A DNA stretch of 64,000 bases from an uncultured Saprospiraceae bacterium (GCA_943788055.1 CALSOU010000010.1:25805-89804); one strand, 5' to 3'; counted from the first letter of the stretch, positions 9,693-20,719 are shown. Notes: generated from the letters alone by a model not told the origin. Program-made: numbers and translations.

Positions 9693-11573
9693 TTAGTCAA
9701 CTTTTGTAGAATTGATATCTTGACCACTCAAACTTTCTTGAATGACTTTATCCATAGCTTCATGGGCTAGGGGAGTAGCATAATCATTCAATGATGTCAT
9801 TGCTTGGTTAATTACATCTTTATCTTCGCCTTTCGTGCTTGACTTGAGTTCATCCAACAATCTTACAATTGAGGAGATTTGCTCTTCGCTCAACCAAGAC
9901 TTATGCTGCTTAACAAAACGATCCGTATTTACGATAACATTCTGAGCTTCATTCTTAGCCTCCAGCAATGCTTTAATCTCCATATCAGACTTCGCATTTT
10001 GGATAGAGTCTAACAACATTTTGGCCATTTCTGCTTCACTAATACCATACTGGGATTTGATCGTTATCTGCTGTTCTACGCCACTGCGTAACTCTTTGGC
10101 TTTCACCACTAATATCCCATCTGCATCAAGCATAAACTGAACTTCAATTTTAGGAATTCCAGCTGGCCTAGGAGGAATACCTTGAAGAATAAACTCACCC
10201 AATTTACGATTGTGGGCCACTAAGTCCCGTTCTCCTTGAAAAACGGATATTTTGAGATTCTTTTGGCCATCAATCGATGTGGTATAATTCCTTGCTAGTG
10301 CTGTTGGAATTTTGCTATTTCTACTGATTATGACATCCATCAGGCCACCCATCGTTTCAATCCCGAGAGACAAGGGTGTGATATCTAGTAAAAGAACACC
10401 TTTTTGCTTACCAGCAAGAACCGCAGCTTGAACAGCTGCTCCTAGCGCAACCACTTCATCAGGATTCTGCGAAGTATTTAGATCCTTTTCAAAAAAAGCT
10501 TTTACCATATCATGCACTAGTGGTACTCGGGTAGATCCACCAACCATAATAACCTCGTCTATATCTTTTGGCGCAAACCCAGCATCCTTCATTGCTTTCT
10601 TACAAGACTCAATTGTTCGTTCCACAATTGGCCTGATCATGGACTCGAAATCTTGCTTTCTTATCGTTATTTGAGTGCCTTTGAGCTCAGCACTAAAGCT
10701 GTCTTTCTTACTAAGAGCTTTTTTAGCCTTTTCTGCAAGCAATCTAATGGACTGAGAAAATCCTTTATCTTCCTCTAGAAGCACAGTATCCCAATTATTT
10801 GCGGTCATCCAATGCTCGATGATGGCGCGATCAAAATCGTCTCCACCCAAAAATGTGTCCCCATGCGTGGACATCACATCAAAAATACCATGTTGAATTT
10901 CTAGAATTGAGACATCAAATGTTCCTCCTCCTAAATCGTAAACAACAACCTTTTTTTCTTCGCTTGAATCCAAACCTATTCCATATGCTAAAGCAGCGGC
11001 AGTTGGTTCATTGACAATTCTCAACACATCTAAGCCTGCCAACTTTCCAGCATCTCGCGTAGCTTGTCTCTGCGAGTCATTGAAATATGCAGGCACTGTA
11101 ATTACAGCTTTGCTTACCACTTGCCCTAGGTTGTTTTCTATTCGAGCTTTTAGATGTTTTAATATTTCTGCACTTAGTGTTACAGGTGTATGGTACTTTC
11201 CATCTACTTCGATCTTTACTAAAGCTTCGGTATCTTCATTGATAATTCGATATCCCAATAATTTTTGAAAAGAGGCAACGTCATCGTATGACTTCCCCAT
11301 CAAGCGTTTAACGGAATATATAGTCCTTTCTGGATTTATCTCAAGCTTATTCTTGGCCTCATCCCCGACTACGATTGAGCCTGTCTGATCGAAGTGCACA
11401 ATTGATGGAACAAGAGTATTTTTACCTTCTTGATCTTTGATTGCACGAGCAGGTTTCCCTTCAGCTGGGACATACGCCACCAAACTGTTGGTAGTACCTA
11501 AATCGATACCTATAATTACATCTTCTTGCTTTTGAATATTTCCCTTCTTTAGGTTAATACTAATCTTTGCCAT
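9693..11573 (-). CDS. Hsp70-family chaperone, HscA-like paralog
   Basis: Hsp70 signatures IGIDLGTTNS, VITVPAYFNDSQRQATRDAG, VYDLGGGTFDVS and IMVGGSTRVP. The N-terminal extension and SVKRLMGKS segment resemble HscA more than DnaK. Confidence 0.85.
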   Translation of the reverse strand: MAKISINLKKGNIQKQEDVIIGIDLGTTNSLVAYVPAEGKPARAIKDQEGKNTLVPSIVHFDQTGSIVVGDEAKNKLEINPERTIYSVKRLMGKSYDDVASFQKLLGYRIINEDTEALVKIEVDGKYHTPVTLSAEILKHLKARIENNLGQVVSKAVITVPAYFNDSQRQATRDAGKLAGLDVLRIVNEPTAAALAYGIGLDSSEEKKVVVYDLGGGTFDVSILEIQHGIFDVMSTHGDTFLGGDDFDRAIIEHWMTANNWDTVLLEEDKGFSQSIRLLAEKAKKALSKKDSFSAELKGTQITIRKQDFESMIRPIVERTIESCKKAMKDAGFAPKDIDEVIMVGGSTRVPLVHDMVKAFFEKDLNTSQNPDEVVALGAAVQAAVLAGKQKGVLLLDITPLSLGIETMGGLMDVIISRNSKIPTALARNYTTSIDGQKNLKISVFQGERDLVAHNRKLGEFILQGIPPRPAGIPKIEVQFMLDADGILVVKAKELRSGVEQQITIKSQYGISEAEMAKMLLDSIQNAKSDMEIKALLEAKNEAQNVIVNTDRFVKQHKSWLSEEQISSIVRLLDELKSSTKGEDKDVINQAMTSLNDYATPLAHEAMDKVIQESLSGQDINSTKVD

Positions 11574-11751
11574 ATCAGATGATCTATTTGTTTGTTAGTT
11601 ATCACATTAAAGTCAAACGAATATTTAAGAAGTAAATCCCGTATTTTAGCACAAATGTACGTACTTTAATGACTTTCTTGTCTTAGCTAAACTTTCATAT
11701 TCGGAATTAGTTTAGTCTTATGAAGCGAAAGTATCACCAAGCGTTAGATGA

Positions 11752-12561
11752 ATGAATAAAACAACTACCAAACAGGGGAGTAAACCACATTTTCTTGACA
11801 ACAAAGTAAATGTCCTTTTTCTTATACTAGGAGGTTTCTTTGTTTCAAATGCAATCATCGCAGAATTAATCGGAATCAAATTATTTTCAGTCGAAGGTAT
11901 CCTCGGAATCCCTTCTTTTGATTGGACTATACTAGGAGTAGAAAATCTTGGTTTGACTATGACAGCTGGTGTCATAATTTGGCCTATCGTATTCATTATG
12001 ACTGATATCATTAATGAATACTTTGGAATTAGAGGCGTCCGCTTCCTTTCATTTTTGACAGTTGGTCTGATCATTTATGTTTTTATAGCAGTATTCATCG
12101 CAATCATCGTAGTCCCAGATCCATGGTGGCAATTTGAGAGTGTAAATTTAGGTTCGAGAGAACCTGTTTTCGATATGCAAGCAGCGTTTGAACGCGTATT
12201 TGGACAGGGTCTATGGATAATCGCAGGAAGTGTTTTTGCATTTTTAGTAGGGCAATTTCTTGATGTATTCGTTTTTCATGCTATAAAGAAAAGAACGGGC
12301 GAAAAATTAGTGTGGTTGCGAGCAACTGGATCGACTATATTTTCACAGATGGTTGATAGTTTCTTAGTTCTCACAATTGCATTCTATATTGGAGGTGACT
12401 GGGATCTTGTCAGAGTTTTAGCCATAGGGAGTGTGAATTTCATGTACAAATTTATTATGGCTATTGTATTAACTCCTTTTATATATTTGGGCCATTATAT
12501 GATTGACCGCTTTCTAGGCGAAGAAGTATCACAAAAATTAAAGCGTCAAGCTGCACTTTAA
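11752..12561 (+). CDS. yhhQ: Queuosine-precursor transporter (YhhQ/DUF165, VUT family)
   Basis: Polytopic membrane protein with WPIVFIMTDIINEYFG and GSTIFSQMVDSFLV motifs, characteristic of YhhQ/DUF165. Confidence 0.7.
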   Translation: MNKTTTKQGSKPHFLDNKVNVLFLILGGFFVSNAIIAELIGIKLFSVEGILGIPSFDWTILGVENLGLTMTAGVIIWPIVFIMTDIINEYFGIRGVRFLSFLTVGLIIYVFIAVFIAIIVVPDPWWQFESVNLGSREPVFDMQAAFERVFGQGLWIIAGSVFAFLVGQFLDVFVFHAIKKRTGEKLVWLRATGSTIFSQMVDSFLVLTIAFYIGGDWDLVRVLAIGSVNFMYKFIMAIVLTPFIYLGHYMIDRFLGEEVSQKLKRQAAL

Positions 12562-12573
12562 TAAAAACTAACT

Positions 12574-13494
12574 ATGACACAAACTACGAATCGAATTATC
12601 ATGGTTAGACCAGCCAACTTTGGTTATAATACTGAAACAGCTGATAGTAATGGATTTCAAAATAAAGAGTTGGGACTTTCGTCCCAAAAGATAATCGAAA
12701 ATGCTATCACAGAATTTGATGAATTTGTAAAATTATTGCGAGGTCACGGCATTACCGTTCAAGTACTTGAAGATACTACACATCCTATCAAGCCCGATGC
12801 AGTTTTTCCAAACAACTGGTTTACAACACACCAAGATGGGTCAATTGTTACATACCCTATGTACGCAGAGAATCGTAGACTCGAGAGACGTGAAGATCTA
12901 ATTGACATAATAGGATCCAATATTCCAAAAATAAAGAGGTATGGATTTGAGTACTTTGAAGAAGAATCCAAATTCCTTGAGGGAACCGGTAGTATGATTC
13001 TCGACCGAACCAATAAGATTGTCTATGCTTGTTTAAGCCCAAGAACTAATATTGAGATTCTAGATAAGTTTAGCATTCTAAAAAGCTACCAAGTAGTGTT
13101 TTTTACTGCAGTTGACCGAAAAGGATCTGAAATATATCATACCAATGTACTGATGACTCTCGGAGAGGAATTTGTTGTAATCTGCTTAGAATCCATAAAA
13201 GATACTGATGAAAAGAAAGCTCTTCTAGAGCATTTCAAGAGAACTAACAAGGAGGTAATAGAAATAGACTACGATCAGATGGACGACTTTGCTGGAAACA
13301 TTATCCAATTGAAGAATGGATCGGAAGATCGTTTTATCATAATGTCTGCAAGTGCATTTCAATCTTTAAATTCCAATCAGATCGAAGCACTTGAAAAGCA
13401 TGGAACAATTATTTGTCCTGATTTAAAGACAATCGAAAAGATTGGCGGCGGATCTTCTCGCTGTATGATCGCCGAAAATTTTCTGCTAGAATAA
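12574..13494 (+). CDS. Arginine deiminase-related / amidinotransferase-superfamily hydrolase (CtlX-like)
   Basis: N-terminus IIMVRPANFGYNTETADSNGFQ and C-terminal catalytic Cys motif GGGSSRCMIAE, typical of the guanidino-group-modifying enzyme fold. Confidence 0.6.
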   Translation: MTQTTNRIIMVRPANFGYNTETADSNGFQNKELGLSSQKIIENAITEFDEFVKLLRGHGITVQVLEDTTHPIKPDAVFPNNWFTTHQDGSIVTYPMYAENRRLERREDLIDIIGSNIPKIKRYGFEYFEEESKFLEGTGSMILDRTNKIVYACLSPRTNIEILDKFSILKSYQVVFFTAVDRKGSEIYHTNVLMTLGEEFVVICLESIKDTDEKKALLEHFKRTNKEVIEIDYDQMDDFAGNIIQLKNGSEDRFIIMSASAFQSLNSNQIEALEKHGTIICPDLKTIEKIGGGSSRCMIAENFLLE

Positions 13495-13715
13495 AAGTGT
13501 ATTTATCCTCATGTTGCAGATTTCCAACTAAAGCTAAATAGGGATATTACTTTCTTAGTTGAATATCTCTAAATATCACGAGAAATTAAGACTGTTTTTC
13601 TAAAAAGAACTGGACTTTAACTACTTTTCCACAATTCTATTGCGTTTTACACATTAATTAAAGTTTAAATAAGAAATAATTAATATTAAAACATAAAATA
13701 TATATTAATGTGAAC

Positions 13716-13723
13716 TATCTTTG
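13716..13723 (+). promoter_or_regulatory. Bacteroidota -7 promoter box (TATCTTTG)
   Basis: Perfect TAnnTTTG match 29 nt upstream of the ATG at 13752. Confidence 0.5.
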
Positions 13724-13751
13724 TAGTATCAGAAACAAATAAAAACTATTT

Positions 13752-16321
13752 ATGAAAAAATTTATCTACACTTTTATTTGTGCATTATTGAGTCTTACAA
13801 TATATGCACAGTCTACAATAACGGGTACTATTCTAGATACTGATACTTCAGAGCCTCTTATTGGTGCTTCAGTATATTTGAAAGGTACAAATACAGGAAC
13901 TGTTACCGATTTAAAGGGTGCTTTCTCATTAACAACGGACAAAACTGGAAACTCAACTATTGTTGCCTCATATGTCGGTTATCTAGCAACCGAAAAAAAT
14001 GTCAATCTCAATGGTGGAGACATGGCGATTGGTTCAATAATGTTGTCTAACGACGCCGTAGGAATCGGTGAAGTTGTCGTTACAGGTGTTATGGATATCG
14101 TTAGAGATAGAAGGACTCCAGTAGCTGTATCTACGATTGGAATTGAAGAGATACAAAGTAAGGCCGTTGGAAATGTGGAATTTCCTGAACTTATGAAAAA
14201 TACACCTTCTGTTTACGTTTCAAATCAATTAGGATTTGGTGATTCTCAGATGTTCATGAGAGGTTTTAATCAAACTAATACTGCATTCTTATTAAATGGA
14301 CAGCCCATTAATGGTATGGAAGATGGAAGAATGTATTGGTCAAACTGGTCTGGAATGTCAGATGTAGCATCAGCTGTACAAATTCAAAGAGGATTAGGAT
14401 CGTCGAAATTAGCTATTTCATCTGTTGGTGGTACAGTAAATATTGTAACCAAGACTGTTGACAACAAAGAAGGTGGTTTTGCTAGAATGATGGTCGGTAA
14501 TGACGGATATTTGAAAGGAACTGCTTCATACAGTACAGGCCTCCAAGGTAAGTGGGCTGTGACAGCTCTTGTTGATCACTGGCAAGCAAACAACAAATGG
14601 TCAGATGGTACTTTTGGTCAAGGTCAGAACTACTTCTTGAGCGTCGGTTACGTTCCCACTGCTAAGTCAACTTTTAACTTCCTTATTACTGGAGCTCCTC
14701 AAAATCACGGTCAAAGATGGTCTCAAAACCTAGAGACTTTAGAGGAAACTCCTAGATTCAACCAACACTGGGGCGAATACAATGGAGACATCATAAGCGA
14801 AAGGACTAATTTCTACCACAAGCCTGTAATTAATCTTAGTTGGGATTATGCAATCAATGATATTTCTTCTCTTTCATCTGTGCTTTATGCATCATTTGGT
14901 AGAGGCGGAGGAACTGGTAACTACGGTAGCAACAGATTAAGAACTGATGCTGGACAAGTTGACTGGGATGCTATCGAAGCACGTCAATCTCAAGATTCTA
15001 CTGGTATTGGCGTTTTCAGCGATGACTATGCTTTAAGAGCATCAATGAACAATCACCAGTGGTATGGAAATGTAACAACGTATGAAACTAAGCTTGCAGA
15101 AAACTTAAGCTTAAGCGTAGGAGCAGATGTTAGGTTTTACAAAGGTGACCACTTCAGACAGCTAGTAAATACATTCGGATTAGACGGATGGAATGAGTCT
15201 TTCAGACATGCTGAGAGAGCATCTGACTATGTTGTAAATGAGACTTTTAGTGTAAATCCATGGTCTACGATATTCAATTTTGCTGACGAAAGTCAAAGAA
15301 TTGCATACGATTACTCTGAAAACATTAATTATCAAGGTGTTTTCGGTCAAGTTGAGTATTCAACTACTGCATTTTCAACTTTTGTTCAAACAGCAGTCAG
15401 TAATCAATCTTACCAAAGAACTGGTAGATGGTCTGACATTGGTCAATCTGACTTAGTAAACAAAATTGGATATAATGTAAAAGGTGGGGCATCATATTCA
15501 TTTGACCAATCTAATACAATTTTCGCGAATGCTGGATACTACTCCAGACAACCTTATTTGGACAATATCTTCGAAAATATCAGATATTCAAATGATTTTG
15601 TACAACCAGAAATTGAAAATGAAAACGTTATCGGTTTAGAGTTAGGATACAAATTATTTTTACAGAATTTTGCTGCTAACGTGAATCTTTATAATACTAG
15701 TTGGGGTAACAGAACAAATATTAGCGTATTCAACAATGATAATGGAACGCCAGATGACGAGAGTGATGATTTTGCTCAGAGAAATATTGAAAGAGGAATT
15801 TCACAAGTTCACCGAGGTTTTGAATTAGACTTGAGCTATAAGATCATGGATGGTTTTAGAGTAAAAGGTTATACATCATTAGGGGACTGGAAGTTTACCG
15901 AAATTGCTAACGTAACAGTCTTTAACGATGATACTGGAGAAGAAATTGGTTCAGAAGACGGAACTGATCTTTCAGACATCCATGTTCCTAATGCACCACA
16001 AACATCTTTGGTTTAGGTTTGGACTACAAAATGAAAGGGTTTTCTGCATATGTTGACTTCAACTACTTTGACAGAATATTTAGAAATGATAATTTCAACA
16101 GTTCAGAATCATTCCTAAGACAAGAAATTGGAACACTTGATCCTTATTCTTTAGTAGATGCAGGATTAGGATACAAGTTTAACCTTGGTGACCAAGCGAT
16201 TGAACTGAGAGCTAATGTATACAACGTATTGAACTCGTTCTATATTAACCAATCAGATCCATTTGGATTATTGAATGGTAATGGAAGAACTTGGAACACT
16301 TCATTAAAGTACTCTTTCTAA
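13752..16321 (+). pseudogene. TonB-dependent receptor with CarboxypepD_reg-like N-domain, interrupted by a -1 frameshift near 16010
   Basis: ORFs 13752..16016 and 16019..16321 are the two halves of one TBDR: signal peptide, TITGTILD...GASVYLKGT plug region, and terminal ...TSLKYSF. Adding one G in tctttgg|tttagg restores PNAPQTSLGLGLDYKMKGF. The total length of 2570 nt is one short of a multiple of 3. Confidence 0.8.
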
Positions 16322-16353
16322 GGTACATGTAAAAAAGTGCATAATATTGAAGA

Positions 16354-16388
16354 ACAAGAGCTTTCCAAAATGGAAGGCTCTTGTTTTT
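16354..16388 (+). terminator. Rho-independent terminator
   Basis: Stem acaagagc / gctcttgt followed by a T-run, 33 nt after the TBDR stop codon. Confidence 0.65.
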
Positions 16389-16513
16389 ACTGCACATTTG
16401 AAGATTTAACGTAACAAATTGATCATTCTTTTATCAAGTTTATATGCATCCTCAAAGAACTTTACAAGCATTGAACTCCTAAAAACTATACTATCATCTT
16501 AACACCAACTACA

Positions 16514-19329
16514 ATGACTAAAAAGATCTATCTCCTATCAGCTTTTATCAGCTTTTGCATCTTTGCCAATGCACAGCTACTAATTACTGAAATAAGCTAT
16601 AATCCACCTGAATCTGGAAGTGATTCACTCGAGTACATTGAGATCGTAAATTCAGGGTCTGAAGTTGACGTGACAGGATACAGCATGACTGGGGTAGATT
16701 ATACTTTTGATGGTTTGCTAGCAGAAGGTGAAGTTTTGGTCATTGCAGTTAATCCTACTGCGATGAATAATGTTTTTGGCATCACTGCTGAGCCTTTTGG
16801 AGGTGCATTGTCAAATGGTGGTGAGACGCTTACTATTCTAGATAATAATAGCACTGAAGTACTAAGTATTCCATTCGATGATGGGTCGCCGTGGCCAACG
16901 AGTGGAGATGGTACAGATGGAGAAGGAGCTTCAATTGTTTTGTGTGACACTGATAATCCACAATTGGGCGAATCGTGGAAAGTCAGCGGTGAAAGCACCG
17001 GCATTATAATTAATGGATCTACCGTTTTTGGTAGTCCAGGTTTGGTCGAAGACAGTGGATGCGATAGTGGACCTAGCGGAATCATAGTTACAACTGACGG
17101 ACTAACTTTCGTTCCTGCTGACATCACTATAAATCAAGGTGAAACAATTACTTTCACAAATGGTGGTGGTACTCATAATGCTAACGGAAGTAAAGACGCT
17201 TACCCAGACAATCCTGTAGGTTTTACAAGTGGACCACCTTCATCAGATTCATGGGTTTACGAACATACTTTCAATTTACCTGGTTTTTATGAGTACAGAT
17301 GTGATCTTCATATAGGTGCTGGAATGGAAGGTTCGGTGACAGTAATTCCTGCACAGGACAATTCCGACCTGCGAATTACAGAAGTGTTTTACAATTCTAG
17401 TATTATTCCTGATTCACTTGAGTTTATAGAGCTTTTCAATGCCGGAACTAGTGCAGCAAATCTTGAAAACTACAAATTGACATCTTCTTCTATTGATGCA
17501 ATTTTACCAACTGGACAAGTTTTACCAGGAACTTATATGGTTCTCTGTAAAAATGAAAGTGCATTTACACAAACTTTTGGTAGTGTATCAAATTTGCTAG
17601 AGTGGGGTGAAGGTGATTTAAGTAATGATGGTGATAATATTACAATTCTCAATGAAATAGGAACTGAAATAATTAGTGTAAGTTATGACGATAACATGCC
17701 CTGGCCAGAAGATGCTGACGGTTCGGGTAGTTCAATATCACTTTGTGACCCTTTGGCACCGTTTATATCCGAAGAGGTAAAAGCGACAACTTATCCTGCA
17801 ATATCATTCGATGGTAATACATTCTATGCGACGCCTGGTCTACCAAACTATTGTGCCAATACCATAGCTGAGATTTCACAAAATGATGCAGAAGGAGTAA
17901 ATACAAACAACGGAATGAATACGATCTCGTCAGGACAAGTATATGGTATCAACTATCGGCCAAATGGATTACAATTTACCATCATTGATCGAAAATGGGG
18001 ATGGTATCGGTGTCTTCTCTGGTGCTGAGAATTATGGATACACAGTTACGGAGGGTGATTTGGTCACTGTACTTGGAAATGTCGGACAATTCAGCGGACT
18101 ATGCTCAAATCTATACCGACACTCTAATTTTAAATGGTAATGAAGCTATTCAAAGTCCGACTATGGTACTAAACTTAGATGAAGCGACAGAATCTCAACT
18201 AGTGAGAATCGAAAATGTCAGCTTGATCGATGCAGATCAATGGACTAATAACCCATTTGGTTTTAATGTAACTCTTACAAATGGAACAACAGAGTTTGAC
18301 GTTCGTATTGACAATGATGTAACCGATATTATCGGCCAAAACTATCCTACTGGGACTTTTACTATAACTGGCATTGGTGGACAATTTGATCAAAATGCAC
18401 CATTTGATGAAGGATATCAATTGCTTCCACGTTATATTGAAGATATTGACCCTTTTGTGCCTTTTGTAAATAGCTATCCCCCAAGAACAATCGGAGACGT
18501 CAAGAATAATGATTCTGAAGGAGTAGCCTTGGCAGAAGGAGATCAATGCACCTTAGAAGGAACCGTATATGGTATCAATCTACGTCCATCTGGATTACAG
18601 TTTACAATCATTGATGAAAATGGCGATGGAATTGCTGTTTTTGCGGGAAGCGAAAACTTTGATTACACAGTCAATGAAGGAGATGAAATACAGATAAAAG
18701 GAACGATTGATCAATTTAACGGTTTGACAGAAATCATCCCTGATTCAATTTTCTTCTTGCAAACTGGAAGTATTCAATCACCAACTCTAATTTCATCAGA
18801 ATTGACAGAAAACGAAGAATCAGCCTATATTGAGATCGCAGAAATATTAACTTTAGTTGATCCCAGTGCTTGGAGTGGAGATGGAACAACATTCTCTGTA
18901 GTAGGGACTGATGGCTCAATAGAATACGAAATATTAATTGACAATGATACTGAACTATCTACTCTGATATTTCCAGGACTGCCTTTGACAATCAGAGGAA
19001 TTGGCAGCCAAAGAGATTTGGAAGCACCATTCGATGAAGGATACAGAATCGTTCCAAACTTTGAAACCGATGTTCAATTTGTCTTAAATACGCTTGTCTT
19101 TGAAGACATAGAAGTATCAATCTATCCGAACCCTGCTTCATCTTATATCACCATCGATACTGAAGAACAGTTGGAGTCAGTGGAGATATGGAACAACTTG
19201 GGACAAAAAGTACTAAGTTCAGTAAGTTCTAAGGTCTATATTGATGGATTAGAAAGCGGTATTTATCAGCTTAAAGTGACAACAGATCGTGGTCAATCAG
19301 TGAAAAGCTTTATTAAGCTCGGAAACTAG
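16514..19329 (+). pseudogene. Secreted mosaic protein (two lamin-tail domains, a cupredoxin domain, duplicated OB-like modules, T9SS C-terminal sorting domain) with two +1 frameshifts
   Basis: Three overlapping ORFs (16514..18028, 17943..18140, 17995..19329) read as one protein if c17990 and t18102 are removed; 2816 nt is 2 more than a multiple of 3. LTD-like start LLITEISYNPPESGSDSLEYIEI recurs as LRITEVFYNSSIIPDSLEFIEL. Type-1 Cu pattern H..(x)..YRCDLHIGAGMEG. C-terminal CTD IYPNPASSYITI...GIYQLKV. Confidence 0.7.
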
Positions 19330-19518
19330 ATGTTGATTTGTATCAAAAGTCTAAAGTCTTGCTAGAATTTTAGTCGATGATTATTGAGAGTTGGAAGATA
19401 TTTTGAAAATCTTGAAACTTCTTAGATCAAAAAAACATTAGATAACTGAACAGTAGAAAAGTGGGCATTTATTCAAGAATATAATGGCTGTAACATAATT
19501 TAACTATAAAAACAAACA

Positions 19519-20241
19519 ATGAATAAGTTTTTCTCTATCGTAGCAATAGCTACTCTATTTGTAAGCTTTGGTCTTACTGCATTGAATGCTCAGACTTCAC
19601 TAAGTGAAGGAATGATCAAAATGGAACTTACTGATATCAAATCTGATGATCCTGCAATGGGCGCACAACTTGGGATGATGAAGGGTTCCACTACAACTGT
19701 ATATTTTGATGATAAGAAATCACTAACTCAAATGGACATGATGGGTGGAATGATGGAGATGTCAGTTATGGCAGATGTGAAAACTAAAGCTGGTTTCCTT
19801 CTTTTCAAAATGGACATGCTTGGTCAAAAAGTGAAAGTAAATATTACAGAAGAGGATGTTAAAACGAGAGAAGCAGATAATGCAATGTCAGATATAACAG
19901 TTGTATATGATGAAACTGACACTAAAGAAGTTGCGGGTTATAAGTGCTACAAAGCTACAATCACTTCTCCTGGTTTACAGGGAGGTGCAATCACAGCTTA
20001 TATCACTGACGAGATTACTGCTTCTGCAGACATAATTCAAGGTATTACAGCAGATAAGATCAAGGGTTTTCCATTGGAATACGTGATGGGAGCGCAGGGA
20101 ATCAGCATGGTTTATACGACAGTAGAGATCAAGACTGACATCGATAAGAGTGTATTTGAGGTTAATACTGACGGATACGAAGAACAAACGATGGAAGAAT
20201 TTACTAAGACAATGGGAGCTATGGGTGGTATGGGATTCTAG
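19519..20241 (+). CDS. Met-rich secreted protein of unknown function
   Basis: Signal peptide MNKFFSIVAIATLFVSFGLTALNAQ. Methionine clusters GMMKG, QMDMMGGMMEMSVM and C-terminal TMGAMGGMGF. A DUF4412/LolA-like fold is only a guess. Confidence 0.5.
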   Translation: MNKFFSIVAIATLFVSFGLTALNAQTSLSEGMIKMELTDIKSDDPAMGAQLGMMKGSTTTVYFDDKKSLTQMDMMGGMMEMSVMADVKTKAGFLLFKMDMLGQKVKVNITEEDVKTREADNAMSDITVVYDETDTKEVAGYKCYKATITSPGLQGGAITAYITDEITASADIIQGITADKIKGFPLEYVMGAQGISMVYTTVEIKTDIDKSVFEVNTDGYEEQTMEEFTKTMGAMGGMGF

Positions 20242-20307
20242 AATCCATACGAAATCCACTTAGGCCTGAGATCCTTTGAATCTCACAAAGAAAAGTAGAT
20301 ATGAAAT

Positions 20308-20341
20308 GGGTAGTCCAATTATTTTGGATTGCCCTTTTTTA
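20308..20341 (+). terminator. Rho-independent terminator
   Basis: Stem gggtagtccaa / ttggattgccc (two G-U pairs) followed by TTTTTT. Confidence 0.6.
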
Positions 20342-20385
20342 TTTAACATTGCTCATGCGATCTACATTTTTATAGTACTTTTGGC

Positions 20386-20393
20386 GAAAGCCA
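20386..20393 (+). promoter_or_regulatory. Bacteroidota -7 promoter box (TACTTTTG)
   Basis: TAnnTTTG match 19 nt upstream of the ATG at 20412. Confidence 0.45.
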
Positions 20394-20411
20394 TCTAATA
20401 AAACAGAATAT

Positions 20412-20660
20412 ATGGATCAAAATCAATATGAAGAACTGAAAGCAATTTTAAAGCCATATGTGCAAAATGAAAAAGCTTTTGAAAACCTGACAAATGACAC
20501 CCACTTTATCGAAGACCTTGAGATAAATTCAGCTAATCTTGTTGATGTCGTTCTGGATGTGGAAGATAAATATGACATTGAAATTGATAATGATAGCATG
20601 GAAAAAATGCTAACTATTAACGATGCATTGACAATCATTACCGAAAAGCAGAAGTCCTAG
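20412..20660 (+). CDS. Acyl carrier protein-like (divergent, orphan)
   Basis: 82 aa acidic four-helix pattern. EDLEINSANLVDVVLDVEDKYDIEI aligns to the ACP D-S-L phosphopantetheine site followed by helix II/III. Confidence 0.55.
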   Translation: MDQNQYEELKAILKPYVQNEKAFENLTNDTHFIEDLEINSANLVDVVLDVEDKYDIEIDNDSMEKMLTINDALTIITEKQKS

Positions 20661-20719
20661 AACACTTGAATAATTTACGTGTTATAGAAGAGTAACATTC
20701 GGTAAATTAAAACGAGTCA

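Noticed and set aside
16005-16016. Phase-variable slipped-strand switching as the cause of the frameshifts in surface-protein genes
   Set aside because: The affected runs are only 2-4 nt long (GG, TTT, AAAA), and two insertions are not in repeats at all. This is far shorter than known contingency-locus tracts.
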